Translations under genes and position numbers: made by a program
Assembly: GCA_009692395.1 (NCBI GenBank)
Contig: SHZG01000001.1
Coordinates: forward strand, 1-46,874
Source: Methylococcales bacterium
GTDB lineage: Bacteria > Pseudomonadota > Gammaproteobacteria > Methylococcales > Methylomonadaceae
DNA length: 46,874 bases
Reading direction: 5' to 3'
The notes under the pieces: model-generated
The model's database searches: none
Seen by the model: only the letters and a program-made list of their open reading frames with translations
What the model was told of the DNA's origin: nothing
Shown: positions 1 to 10,315 of the stretch, piece after piece
Position numbering within the stretch: position 1 is the stretch's first letter
Layout of the letters: each line of letters starts with the position of its first letter

Positions 1-149
1 CCGTTGCATTGCGTCCTGACTTGCCCATCTGGGTACTTTTACAGAATGGACAGGTGATTTCTTGGTAGCAGCTCATAAGGTCTTTTAGGTAAGTGTGATT
101 TTATTCTGCCCGTGATTTTAATCTATCATCACAGATTTAACCCACTACC
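1..149 (-). mobile_element. Partial IS1-family-like insertion sequence end: terminal repeat plus the first 25 codons of a zinc-ribbon InsA-like transposase. It runs off the window start.
   Basis: The minus strand reads GGTAGTGGGTTAAATC from 149 downward, resembling the IS1 GGTGATG/GGTAATG terminal repeat. An ATG at 76 then gives MSCYQEITCPFCKSTQMGKSGRNAT, a CxxC zinc-ribbon N-terminus typical of IS1 InsA. cheR homology stops at this junction. Confidence 0.45.
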
Positions 150-464
150 GTCTTGTTGTTTATTGTCCAGTTGTTTAAAGAAGCGAGGCAAAATATCTTT
201 TTCTAGGGCATTCCAACACGAATCATCTCGAAACCACAGGGTTTCGTTAGTGGTCATCAAATTAATAACAGTGGGCAGTAATTTTTCGGGTTTAGTGCGT
301 AATTGCATCACTAATTCACCAAAATTAGCCAGCCCTAAACTTTCAGCAAAATGACTCAAACGCGTCTGCACTAAATAATCTTGGTCATCATTTAAGTGAA
401 TGCCGCATTGCTCATATAACAGTTGGCTGATTTGTTTAAATTCCGCATAAGTAATGGCTTGCAT
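150..464 (-). pseudogene. cheR: Chemotaxis protein methyltransferase CheR, N-terminal fragment only (about 105 codons), truncated by the IS at 149.
   Basis: MQAITYAEFKQISQLLYEQCGIHL...TNETLWFRD matches the CheR N-terminal helical domain. The SAM-binding domain (xxIWSAGCSTGEE motif onward) is absent. The ORF then reads into IS sequence and stops at 129. Confidence 0.75.
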
Positions 465-471
465 GGCTATC

Positions 472-1560
472 TCACAAAATTAACGTCGCCATTCTCGCGC
501 TTAATTGATCTAAAGTGACGATTTCATCCGCTAACCCTGCTTCATGTACACTGCCTGGCATTCCCCAGACCACAGAAGAGGCTTCATCTTGAATCAGACA
601 TTTTGCCCCATTACGTTTTAGCATTCTTACGCCCTCCGTGCCATCGCGCCCCATACCTGTCATGACTATCGCCAAGACCTTGCCTTTAAACGTGGCAGCA
701 ACAGAACGAAACAGTACATCAACTGACGGACGGCAATTATTCACAGGCGGCGTTTCATGAACCGCCAAGTAAAAATCGCCCTCTAGGGATTCTCTTAACA
801 CGAGATGTTTGCCGCCTTGGGCAATATAAATATGCCCCGCACTGAGTTTTTCGCCGCCTTTAACTTCACTGACGTGTAAACGGGTTTCTGCATTGAGTTT
901 TTGTGCCAGCGATTCCGTAAATAGGAGCGGCATGTGCTGGACAATAATAATAGGACAGGGCAGTCTAGCATCTAGTTGAGAGACTCATTGATCCAAGGCT
1001 TTCGGGCCACCTGTCGATATACCGATAACGCACAAATCATCTTTGCCTTTGTAGGGTACGGACGGCAACCCTTTTTGCGTTTCTTTTATTGGAATAGCGA
1101 TGGGGTGAATGGGGCGCGGTGCGATTCCTGCACGACTAAGCGAGGCATATTTTTTGGTCTGAATAAGGTGAATGAAGGGCTGTAAATAGTTTACTAGCTC
1201 ATTAATACTTTGTTCTGCATTGCTAGCAATGGGTTTAGCAATAAAATCCAACGCGCCTATTTGTAAAGAGCGCACCGTTTGTTTAGCGTTATCCATATTG
1301 AAGCCACTAATCATGATGGCCTCCACAGTTGGATAATCTTGCTTAATTCGCTGTAACGTCTCTACACCATCCATGTCAGGCATCACCACATCCAATAACA
1401 CGAGGTCAGGTTGTAATGCGGCTATTATCCGTAAGGCGATTTGCCCAGACGCAGCCGTGCCTATACATTCAGCATCGGTGATTGTATCAGTAACTGTGAG
1501 TAGAATTTGTCTGTAGGTAATACTGTCATCAACTACGAGAATTTTAACTTTATCGTTCAT
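472..1560 (-). pseudogene. cheB: Chemotaxis response regulator protein-glutamate methylesterase CheB, interrupted by one in-frame TGA at 985..987.
   Basis: ORF 985..1560 is a receiver domain (ILVVDDS...DLVLLDVVMPDMDG) plus the start of the esterase (GISTGGPKAL). ORF 472..933 is the rest of the esterase (NCRPSVDVLF, MTGMGRDG). The two pieces and the 17 intervening codons (VSQLDARLPCPIIIVQH) share one reading frame. The total of 363 codons is normal for CheB. Confidence 0.85.
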
Positions 1561-1646
1561 GTTTATTTTATTTGTGGGCGTACAAACTTAGGGCGGTAAG
1601 TTGTTTTTAACATCCTACTCACCCCAAAGGACGGAGAGGATGGATG

Positions 1647-2738
1647 TCAAACATTCGCTTTTGACTCAATAATACCGCCGCCTAAACATACTTCACCTTG
1701 ATAAAAAACCACCGACTGGCCGGGTGTAATTGCCCGTTGTGCTTGGTCAAACATCACTTTGCACTTACCACCCTCTAATGGTTGTACAAAACACGCTTGA
1801 TCCGCTTGGCGGTAGCGGGTTTTTGCCATGCAGCGCATGGGTTCGGTCAATGGTTGATTGCTACACCAATCTAATTGACTGGCGATTAAACTGTTATGCA
1901 GCATCAGCGGGTGGTCGTGTCCTTGACCGACGATTAGAATATTGTTGTCTAAGTCTTTATCCAATACATACCACGGTTCATCGGGTGCATCTTTCACGCC
2001 GCCGATACCTAACCCTTGACGTTGCCCAAAGGTGTAATACATTAAGCCTGAATGTTTGCCGATGAGTTGACCTTCGGGTGTGCGCATTTCACCCGCTTGC
2101 GTCGGCAAATAGCGTTGTAAAAATTCAGTAAATTTGCGCTCACCGATAAAACAAATCCCCGTGCTGTCTTTTTTGCGGGCATTACTAAAACCTGCATGTT
2201 CAGCCAGCGCACGAAGTTCAGGTTTATGTAGATGCCCAATAGGGAACAGTGTTTTCGATAAGGCTTTTTGCCCCAGCGTATACAGGAAATAACTCTGCTC
2301 TTTATTCGGGTCTAAACCTTTCAATAAAAAATACTCGCCATCTTTTTCAGTAACCCGCGCATAGTGACCTGTGGCGATACAGTCCGCTTGTAAATCATCA
2401 ATCGCATAATTTAAAAAGGCTTTAAATTTAACGTGCTTATTGCACAAAATATCAGGGTTCGGCGTACGTCCTGCTTTAAATTCGGACAAAAACACTTCAA
2501 ACACTTCATCCCAATATTCGCTGGCAAAGTTCACTGTTTTTAACGGAATACCTAAAGTGTCGCAGACTTGTTGCGCATCGGCGAGATCTTCCATCGCGGT
2601 GCAGTATTCCGTGCCGTCATCTTCTTCCCAATTTTTCATAAACAAACCAGTGACGGTGTGACCTTGTTCCAGCAATTGCAACGCCGTGACCGATGAATCG
2701 ACACCGCCCGACATTCCAACAATAATGTGTTTACTCAT
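1647..2738 (-). CDS. mnmA: tRNA-specific 2-thiouridylase MnmA
   Basis: PP-loop motif [11 protein letters not shown], full-length 363 aa, with typical MnmA conserved blocks ([15 protein letters not shown]). Confidence 0.95.
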   Translation of the reverse strand: MSKHIIVGMSGGVDSSVTALQLLEQGHTVTGLFMKNWEEDDGTEYCTAMEDLADAQQVCDTLGIPLKTVNFASEYWDEVFEVFLSEFKAGRTPNPDILCNKHVKFKAFLNYAIDDLQADCIATGHYARVTEKDGEYFLLKGLDPNKEQSYFLYTLGQKALSKTLFPIGHLHKPELRALAEHAGFSNARKKDSTGICFIGERKFTEFLQRYLPTQAGEMRTPEGQLIGKHSGLMYYTFGQRQGLGIGGVKDAPDEPWYVLDKDLDNNILIVGQGHDHPLMLHNSLIASQLDWCSNQPLTEPMRCMAKTRYRQADQACFVQPLEGGKCKVMFDQAQRAITPGQSVVFYQGEVCLGGGIIESKANV

Positions 2739-3186
2739 AATTCAAAAATGATTTTAATAAAGATAAGGGGTAACGCTCGCCGTTTAGATAATCATCCACA
2801 CTGCTCAGCACTAAATGACTCCGCAAACGGTGGGATTCAGCGGCGATTTCAGCGCGGGTTAGCCAATGCGTTGCCACAATGCCATCATCTAATGATTGTT
2901 TTGCATCATGACTGTGACACTGCCCCGAAAAACACAAACGCAAAAAAGTTGGAGAGTCAGGATTTTTTCGCCACAGTTGAATAGCAATCAAATAATCTGG
3001 TTCAAATTGCCACGCGGTTTCTTCTTGAACTTCACGTTTAACAACAGTAATAAAATCTTCATCAGGTTCAAGATGCCCCGCAGGTTGATTAAATTGCAAA
3101 CCACTGGGTGTGTGTTCTTTAACAAATAAAAAACGATTATCGCGTTCGATAACAGCGGCAACTGTAACGTGAGGTTTCCAAACCAT
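2731..3186 (-). CDS. NUDIX hydrolase (NudJ-like), overlapping the mnmA start by 8 nt
   Basis: Nudix box [22 protein letters not shown]. Its position upstream of mnmA mirrors nudJ-mnmA synteny in enterobacteria. Confidence 0.85.
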   Translation of the reverse strand: MVWKPHVTVAAVIERDNRFLFVKEHTPSGLQFNQPAGHLEPDEDFITVVKREVQEETAWQFEPDYLIAIQLWRKNPDSPTFLRLCFSGQCHSHDAKQSLDDGIVATHWLTRAEIAAESHRLRSHLVLSSVDDYLNGERYPLSLLKSFLNYE

Positions 3187-3450
3187 GAGAAATTCCTGCG
3201 TGCAAAGTGGTTATTTTACTTGATTTAACAGGTGGTTGTCAGGGAAGATTCGCCTGTTTAACGTTACCAGAATTTTTATAAAATGGTAGGCGTGTACTTC
3301 ACACTAATAGTGACACTTAAACGTGCTACTAATGACACTATATAAATAACCTAGTAAAATGCCAGACATTGTTTTCTCAATATAAGCAGTGAGTTAGCAA
3401 ACTATTTTCAAAACCCAAGTATTTTTAACGGTGAATGTTAAAAAAATGCT

Positions 3451-3456
3451 TATAAT
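3451..3456 (+). promoter_or_regulatory. Candidate -10 hexamer TATAAT upstream of ilvI
   Basis: Perfect TATAAT lies 41 nt upstream of the ilvI ATG in an AT-rich 310 bp intergenic region. No convincing -35 element or leader peptide was seen. Confidence 0.3.
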
Positions 3457-3496
3457 GAGCGGTTAAAATTTTATTTATGTTTATTGAGGTATTAGC

Positions 3497-5236
3497 ATGG
3501 AGCTAAGTGGCGCGCAAATCCTGCTTCAGAGTCTTGCAGACGAAGGGGTGGAGTATATTTTTGGCTATCCAGGTGGAGCGGTATTGCACATTTATGATGC
3601 AATTTTCCAACAGGAAGCGGTGAAACACATTTTGGTTCGACATGAGCAGGGCGCGACACACGCGGCTGACGGCTATGCACGCGCCACAGGTAAACCGGGA
3701 GTGGTATTAGTCACTTCAGGGCCGGGCGCGACCAATGCTGTCACAGGCATTGCGACCGCGTACATGGACTCTATTCCGATGGTAGTCATTTCGGGACAAG
3801 TATCATCACCTGTTATCGGTAGTGATGCGTTTCAGGAAGTGGACATGGTCGGTATTACGCGCCCTTGTGTCAAACACAACTTTTTAGTCAAAGATGTCAC
3901 TAAGCTGGCTGAAACCATTAAAAAGGCCTTTTATGTCGCAACCACTGGACGACCCGGCCCTGTGGTCGTGGATATACCGAAAGATATGACCGCGCCTAAC
4001 ATTACTGTGCCTTATAAGTACCCTAAAAAAATATCTTTGCGTTCATATAATCCAGTGGTTCATGTCGCTAAAGAGCAGATTAAAGCCGCCGTTGAGCTAT
4101 TACTGAGCGCGACTAAACCGATGATTTATGCAGGCGGCGGCGTGGTATTAGGTGAAGCTAGCGCGGAATTAACTGACTTTACCCGCGTTTTAGGTTATCC
4201 AATTACCAACACGCTTATGGGTTTAGGCGCGTACCCTGCAACTGATAAACAATTTGTCGGTATGTTAGGAATGCACGGCACTTATGAAGCCAATATGGCA
4301 ATGCACGAAAGTGATGTCATTATTGCCATCGGTGCGCGTTTTGATGACCGCGTAACAGGTAAATTGGATGAGTTCTGCCCTTATGCAAAAATTATTCATA
4401 TTGATATTGATCCTGCGTCTATTTCAAAAACCATTAAAAAAATCGCCATCCCTATCGTCGGCGATGTAAAACCCGTATTAAAGCAATTATTGGAATGCTT
4501 AAAAGAAAATAAAAAGCAACCCAATAAAAAAGCACTGGACGCGTGGTGGCAACAAATTGATGAATGGCGTGCTGTGCAGAGTTTGGAATATGACCGCACC
4601 AGCGATTTAATCAAGCCGCAATTTGTGATTGAGCAGTTGTATCAAGTCACGAAAGGCGATGCTTATGTGACTTCCGATGTCGGTCAACATCAAATGTGGG
4701 CAGCGCAATATTATCCATTTGATAAACCGCGCCGTTGGATTAACTCAGGTGGTTTAGGCACGATGGGCTTTGGTTTACCTGCGGCGATTGGCGTTAAACT
4801 GGCGTTTCCAGAGGCTGACGTGGCGTGTGTGACAGGTGAAGCCAGTATTCAAATGTGCATACAGGAATTATCCACCGCCTTGCAATTTAAAACCCCTGTG
4901 AAAATTATCAACCTGAATAACCGTTACATGGGTATGGTCAGACAATGGCAGGAATTTTCTTACCAAAGCCGTTATTCCAATTCCTATATGGACACCATTC
5001 CTGACTTCGTTAAATTGGTAGAGGCTTATGGTCATGTCGGCATTCGTATCGACAAACCCGAAGAAGTCAGACCTGCATTAGAACAAGCCTTTGCAATGAA
5101 AGACCGCACGGTATTTTTAGATATTATGACTGACAGAACTGAAAACGTTTACCCGATGATTGAAGCGGGTAAAGGACATCATGATATGAAATTGCGTGTT
5201 GCGTTAGGCACATCAATGGATCGGGAGCTGGCATAA
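3497..5236 (+). CDS. ilvI: Acetolactate synthase (acetohydroxyacid synthase) large catalytic subunit
   Basis: 579 aa with a ThDP-enzyme signature (GYPGGAVLHIYDA, GGLGTMGFGLPAAIG). A GAGG ribosome-binding site lies upstream. The small subunit follows with an ATGA overlap. Confidence 0.95.
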   Translation: MELSGAQILLQSLADEGVEYIFGYPGGAVLHIYDAIFQQEAVKHILVRHEQGATHAADGYARATGKPGVVLVTSGPGATNAVTGIATAYMDSIPMVVISGQVSSPVIGSDAFQEVDMVGITRPCVKHNFLVKDVTKLAETIKKAFYVATTGRPGPVVVDIPKDMTAPNITVPYKYPKKISLRSYNPVVHVAKEQIKAAVELLLSATKPMIYAGGGVVLGEASAELTDFTRVLGYPITNTLMGLGAYPATDKQFVGMLGMHGTYEANMAMHESDVIIAIGARFDDRVTGKLDEFCPYAKIIHIDIDPASISKTIKKIAIPIVGDVKPVLKQLLECLKENKKQPNKKALDAWWQQIDEWRAVQSLEYDRTSDLIKPQFVIEQLYQVTKGDAYVTSDVGQHQMWAAQYYPFDKPRRWINSGGLGTMGFGLPAAIGVKLAFPEADVACVTGEASIQMCIQELSTALQFKTPVKIINLNNRYMGMVRQWQEFSYQSRYSNSYMDTIPDFVKLVEAYGHVGIRIDKPEEVRPALEQAFAMKDRTVFLDIMTDRTENVYPMIEAGKGHHDMKLRVALGTSMDRELA

Positions 5237-5727
5237 TGAAACACATTATCTCCATCCTGATTGAAAATGAAGCAGGCGCATTATCGCGCGTCGCGGGTTT
5301 ATTTTCTGCGCGTGGCTACAACATTGAATCGCTAACCGTCGCGGTTACCGAAGATCCTAGTTTATCGCGCATGACCTTAGTCACGCGTGGCAGTGAAGAT
5401 GTCATTGCCCAAATCATCAAACAACTTAATAAACTGATTGATGTAGTGAAATTGATTGATTTAGCCGACAGCCCGCATATTGAACGCGAGTTGATGATGG
5501 TCAAAATCAAAACCACTGAACAAACACGCAATGATCTTCGCAGTGTAGTTGATATATTTCGCGGTAGAATTCTTGATGTCACAGCCAACTCTTATGTGGT
5601 CGAAATGACAGGATCATCAGAAAAACTCGATGCCTTCACCTCCGCTATTAACTCCGACAGCATTATTGAAGTCGTGCGTTCAGGTGCAACAGGTATTTCA
5701 CGCGGCGAACAAGGCTTACATTTATAA
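5236..5727 (+). CDS. ilvH: Acetolactate synthase small regulatory subunit (ACT domain)
   Basis: 163 aa. HIISILIENEAGALSRVAGLFSARGYNIESLTV is the classic IlvH/IlvN ACT domain. Confidence 0.95.
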   Translation: MKHIISILIENEAGALSRVAGLFSARGYNIESLTVAVTEDPSLSRMTLVTRGSEDVIAQIIKQLNKLIDVVKLIDLADSPHIERELMMVKIKTTEQTRNDLRSVVDIFRGRILDVTANSYVVEMTGSSEKLDAFTSAINSDSIIEVVRSGATGISRGEQGLHL

Positions 5728-5776
5728 TTAATTTTGCTTTTTGTACTATTAAGCATCGTTACATTTATTTTTTTAA

Positions 5777-6817
<1,041 letters not shown>

Positions 6818-6842
6818 TCACTCCCAGTTTTGTGATTAAAAA

Positions 6843-6869
6843 AGCCTGTCTTATGACAGGCTTTTTTTA
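6843..6869 (+). terminator. Rho-independent terminator after ilvC
   Basis: AGCCTGTC-TTAT-GACAGGCT stem-loop followed by a run of seven T (TTTTTTT), flanked upstream by an A-run. Confidence 0.85.
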
Positions 6870-6952
6870 TGGGTGATGGTAATCCGCTCTTAACATTTAT
6901 TGTCACTAGTGAATAGGTTATAGTGGTGTTTTTTATTTTTATCGACCCCAGT

Positions 6953-7912
6953 ATGAGCAACGAACAACAAGGCGAGTCGCCTAAAGTCACCTTTGTCGAA
7001 ATTACCGAAGACCATAGCGATCAACGGTTAGATAATTTTTTATTAACGCATTTAAAAGGTGTGCCGAAAAGTCGTATTTATCGCATTATCCGTAAAGGCG
7101 AAGTGCGGGTTAATAAAGGGCGCGTGGATGTTAAATATCGCTTAGTTATCGGTGATATTGTGCGCGTACCGCCTGTGAGAATCGCAGAGCGCACCGAAGA
7201 ATCCTATATTCCACAGGGTTTAAAAGACGAGCTACAACACAGTGTATTATTTGAAGATGAGGGGTTTTTAATTATTAATAAACCTGCGGGTTTTGCGGTG
7301 CATGGTGGCAGTGGCGTGAGTTCTGGCATTATCGAAGGCTTTCGACTCATTAGACCCGAAGCCCGCTTTTTAGAATTAGTGCATCGCTTAGATAAAGATA
7401 CCTCAGGCTGTTTGATTATTGCTAAAAAACGCAGTGCGTTACGCTTATTTCATGAAATTTTTCGTGATAATCACATTCATAAAACCTACGTCGCCTTATT
7501 AGCAGGGCAATGGCAGCGTAAAAAGCTAATAGTCAACGCGCCGTTATTAAAGAATGTCCAAAAAGGCGGTGAGCGCATGGTGTCTATTAGCCCATTAGGC
7601 AAAGAAGCGGAAACCTTATTTCGCCGCGTGCAGTTATTTGCTGACTCCACCTTAGTGGAAGCCTCACCGAAAACAGGGCGCACCCATCAAATCCGTGTTC
7701 ATGCCGTAAGTTTAGGGCATCCGATTGTCGGTGATGAGCGTTACGGTGAAGATGACACCAATAAACGTTTTCGGCATAAAGGCTATAAGCGGATGTTTTT
7801 ACACGCGCAAACTTTGCAATTTAATCACCCTGTGTCAGGTGTTGCCATGCGTGTCACTGCACCATTACCCCCACAATTAGATAGCTTACTCAAATATGAA
7901 CAATCGCTTTGA
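6953..7912 (+). CDS. rluC: 23S rRNA pseudouridine synthase RluC (S4 domain plus RluA-family catalytic domain)
   Basis: Catalytic motif HRLDKDTSGCLIIAKK and an S4-like N-terminus (RLDNFL...SRIYRIIRKGEVRVN). I prefer the ATG at 6953 (MSNEQQ) over the upstream GTG of the tracked ORF. Confidence 0.88.
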   Translation: MSNEQQGESPKVTFVEITEDHSDQRLDNFLLTHLKGVPKSRIYRIIRKGEVRVNKGRVDVKYRLVIGDIVRVPPVRIAERTEESYIPQGLKDELQHSVLFEDEGFLIINKPAGFAVHGGSGVSSGIIEGFRLIRPEARFLELVHRLDKDTSGCLIIAKKRSALRLFHEIFRDNHIHKTYVALLAGQWQRKKLIVNAPLLKNVQKGGERMVSISPLGKEAETLFRRVQLFADSTLVEASPKTGRTHQIRVHAVSLGHPIVGDERYGEDDTNKRFRHKGYKRMFLHAQTLQFNHPVSGVAMRVTAPLPPQLDSLLKYEQSL

Positions 7913-8546
7913 TTTATTGATTTTTGATTGGGATGGTACGTTAATCGACTCGATTGAGTGGATTACCCATTGCTTACAAACTGCCGCTGCTCAAAGTGGT
8001 TGCGCGATACCTGAAGCGCGAGCGGCAAAAAATACTATCGGTTTAAGTATTCACAAGGCGACTTCTACCTTGCATCCAGACGTTGATGCCCAGATGATTG
8101 AGCAATTAGTTCAGCATTACAGCCGTGAGTATTTATCCAAACAACTCAGTCGAAATGATTTGTTTCCCGATGTCCTTGATATGCTAGTTGAGCTTAAACA
8201 CGCGGGCTATCAACTCGCGGTTGCGACAGGTAAAACACGCCACGGTTTACAAGAAGCCTTACGCGCCACAGACACTGAGGATTTATTTTGTGTCACACGC
8301 TGTGCGGATGAAACAGAGTCTAAGCCTGATCCAAAAATGTTACTGGAAATTATGACAGTGACTCAATGTTCACCAGAACGAGCTTTAATGGTGGGTGATT
8401 CTACTTATGACTTGCAAATGGCAAATAATGCCCGCATTTCATCGGTAGGTGTGTACTGTGGCGCACATCCAAAAGACATTTTGCAACAGCACAACCCGTT
8501 GTTATGCTTGCCGCTTGCAACGGAATTATTGGCTTATTTAAGGTAA
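7896..8546 (+). CDS. HAD-superfamily hydrolase (phosphoglycolate phosphatase-like)
   Basis: HAD motif I at the N-terminus (LLIFDWDGTLIDS) and motif IV (MVGDSTYDLQMA). The rluC-HAD-S49 peptidase order is as in Pseudomonas. Confidence 0.85.
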   Translation: MNNRFDLLIFDWDGTLIDSIEWITHCLQTAAAQSGCAIPEARAAKNTIGLSIHKATSTLHPDVDAQMIEQLVQHYSREYLSKQLSRNDLFPDVLDMLVELKHAGYQLAVATGKTRHGLQEALRATDTEDLFCVTRCADETESKPDPKMLLEIMTVTQCSPERALMVGDSTYDLQMANNARISSVGVYCGAHPKDILQQHNPLLCLPLATELLAYLR

Positions 8547-8552
8547 CATACG

Positions 8553-9515
8553 ATGGAAAATCAAGAAAATAACACAGAAAAAGCCGCTGGTTGGGAACGA
8601 GAGGTGTTGGAAAAAATCGCCCTAGCCGCCGTCACTGAGCAAACTCGCGCTAGACGTTGGAGTGTGTTTTTTAAATGCCTCATGTTTGGCTATTTAGCCA
8701 TCGTAATGGGGGTTGCACTGTATCCCAATATGAAAAAAGAAATGGGCGGTGATGGCAAAGATCATACCGCAGTCGTGGACATCGTCGGTGTGATTGCCGA
8801 AGGTAAAGATGTCAATGCAGAAAATGTCATTAAAAGCCTACGCGCCGCCGTTAAAGACAAGAATACTCAAGGAATTATTCTGCATTCTAATTCACCTGGT
8901 GGTAGCCCTGTGCAGTCGGCTTATATTTACAATGAAATCAGAGCTATCAAAAAAGCCAATCCCAATTTACCGATTGTTGCAGTCGTTAGTGATATATGCG
9001 CTTCAGGGTGTTATTACATTGCCTCCGCTGCTGATAAAATTTTTGTCAATCCTGCCAGTTTAATTGGTTCAATCGGTGTGATTATGGATGGCTTTGGGTT
9101 TGTTGACACCATGAAAATGCTGGGTGTGGAGCATCGTTTAATCACCTCAGGTGCGCATAAAGCGATGTTGAGTCCATTCGCACCTTCCAATGCAGATGAA
9201 ACCAAATATATGCAGGGCTTGTTAAATCAAGTGCATCAACAATTCATTACGGCGGTTAAGCAAGGTCGCGGTGATCGCTTAAAAGAAACCCCCGATACCT
9301 TTTCTGGCTTAGTGTGGACGGGTGAGGAAGGCATTAAATTAGGCATTGCCGATGCGGTTGGTAGCGATAGCTCCGTGGCGAAAGAGTTAATCGGTGCAGA
9401 CCGCTTAGTGAACTTTACTGAGTCAGAACAGTTAATCGACAAAATAATGGACAAAATGGGCGCGTCATTCGGTCACGCCTTAGGTAGTACGCTACAAACT
9501 CCTTCATTGCGCTAA
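8553..9515 (+). CDS. S49-family signal peptide peptidase (SppA/SohB-like), membrane anchored
   Basis: 320 aa with an N-terminal TM helix, NSPGGS and ASGCYYIASAADKI motifs typical of the ClpP/crotonase-fold S49 peptidases. Confidence 0.85.
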   Translation: MENQENNTEKAAGWEREVLEKIALAAVTEQTRARRWSVFFKCLMFGYLAIVMGVALYPNMKKEMGGDGKDHTAVVDIVGVIAEGKDVNAENVIKSLRAAVKDKNTQGIILHSNSPGGSPVQSAYIYNEIRAIKKANPNLPIVAVVSDICASGCYYIASAADKIFVNPASLIGSIGVIMDGFGFVDTMKMLGVEHRLITSGAHKAMLSPFAPSNADETKYMQGLLNQVHQQFITAVKQGRGDRLKETPDTFSGLVWTGEEGIKLGIADAVGSDSSVAKELIGADRLVNFTESEQLIDKIMDKMGASFGHALGSTLQTPSLR

Positions 9516-9526
9516 CGTTTAACTTC

Positions 9527-9555
9527 GTAGAGACGTTGCCTTGCAACGTCTCTAC
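9527..9555. repeat. REP-like perfect palindrome GTAGAGACGTTGC-CTT-GCAACGTCTCTAC (family A)
   Basis: 13 bp perfect arms, 12 nt after the S49 peptidase stop. The same core recurs at 14699..14725. Confidence 0.8.
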
Positions 9556-9630
9556 GGCGCAGTGCATTCATCTTCAGTTCACCTCATTAGGTGATAGTGC
9601 CGCTCATTCACTAAAGCACACGGAATAATC

Positions 9631-10314
9631 ATGCGTATCCTTATTGTCGAAGACGAAAAATTAATTTGTGAACAACTTCGTCGCTATTTTGTAGACAAAG
9701 GCTTTGCTGTTGATGTGGCGCATACCGCAACAGACGGCGAACACATGGGCAAGGAATACCCGATGGATGCCGCTATTATTGATGTAGGTTTACCTGATTT
9801 TTCAGGCATTGAACTCATTAAACGGTTACGTCAACACCACGTCAAAGTGCCTATTTTAATTTTGACAGCACGGATGAGTTGGCAAGAAAAAGTCGAAGGA
9901 TTGGATGCAGGCGCGGATGATTATGTGACTAAGCCTTTTGAATACGCTGAATTACTGGCGCGTATTAATGCCCTCATTCGCCGTGCCGTTGGCTTAGCAC
10001 ACCCTGTACTCACACATGGTGACATTACCATTAACACAGTCGCACAGGAACTTTCTGTCGCAGGGGTAAAAATAGAACTCACTGCTTACGAATATAAAGT
10101 GCTGGAATATCTGTTATTCCATCAAGGCAAATGGATTTCTAAAACCATGTTAGCCGCCCATATCTATGATGAAGAGCTTGATCGTGACAGCAATGTGATT
10201 GAAGTGTTTATCGGTCGATTAAGAAAAAAAATTGACCCAGATGGAACACGCAAACCGATTGCTACCTCGCGCAATCGTGGTTACAGCATACTTGAAGATA
10301 AGGGGAATGACTAA
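9631..10314 (+). CDS. OmpR/PhoB-family DNA-binding response regulator (PhoP-like)
   Basis: Receiver domain (MRILIVEDE...DAAIIDVGLPDFSG...DDYVTKPF) plus a winged-helix output domain (RGYSI). Confidence 0.9.
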   Translation: MRILIVEDEKLICEQLRRYFVDKGFAVDVAHTATDGEHMGKEYPMDAAIIDVGLPDFSGIELIKRLRQHHVKVPILILTARMSWQEKVEGLDAGADDYVTKPFEYAELLARINALIRRAVGLAHPVLTHGDITINTVAQELSVAGVKIELTAYEYKVLEYLLFHQGKWISKTMLAAHIYDEELDRDSNVIEVFIGRLRKKIDPDGTRKPIATSRNRGYSILEDKGND

Positions 10315-10315
10315 T

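Noticed and set aside
985-987. In-frame TGA codons in cheB (985..987) and mod (23838..23840) as selenocysteine codons or a TGA reassignment
   Set aside because: TGA ends ordinary genes at expected positions in this same window (for example rluC and mod itself), and TAA is also used normally. The two sites align to hydrophobic (Leu/Val) positions, not Cys/Sec positions. I saw no SECIS-like hairpin immediately downstream.
3187-3496. Search for a Val/Leu/Ile-rich leader peptide and attenuator upstream of ilvI
   Set aside because: I could find no short ORF with runs of branched-chain codons and no terminator/antiterminator pair. Only a candidate -10 box is reported, at low confidence.
10232-10315. 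Upstream extension of the histidine kinase ORF overlapping the response regulator by 83 nt
   Set aside because: The extension is just the alternative frame of the regulator's C-terminus. The ATG at 10316 gives a typical TM-helix N-terminus directly after the regulator stop.
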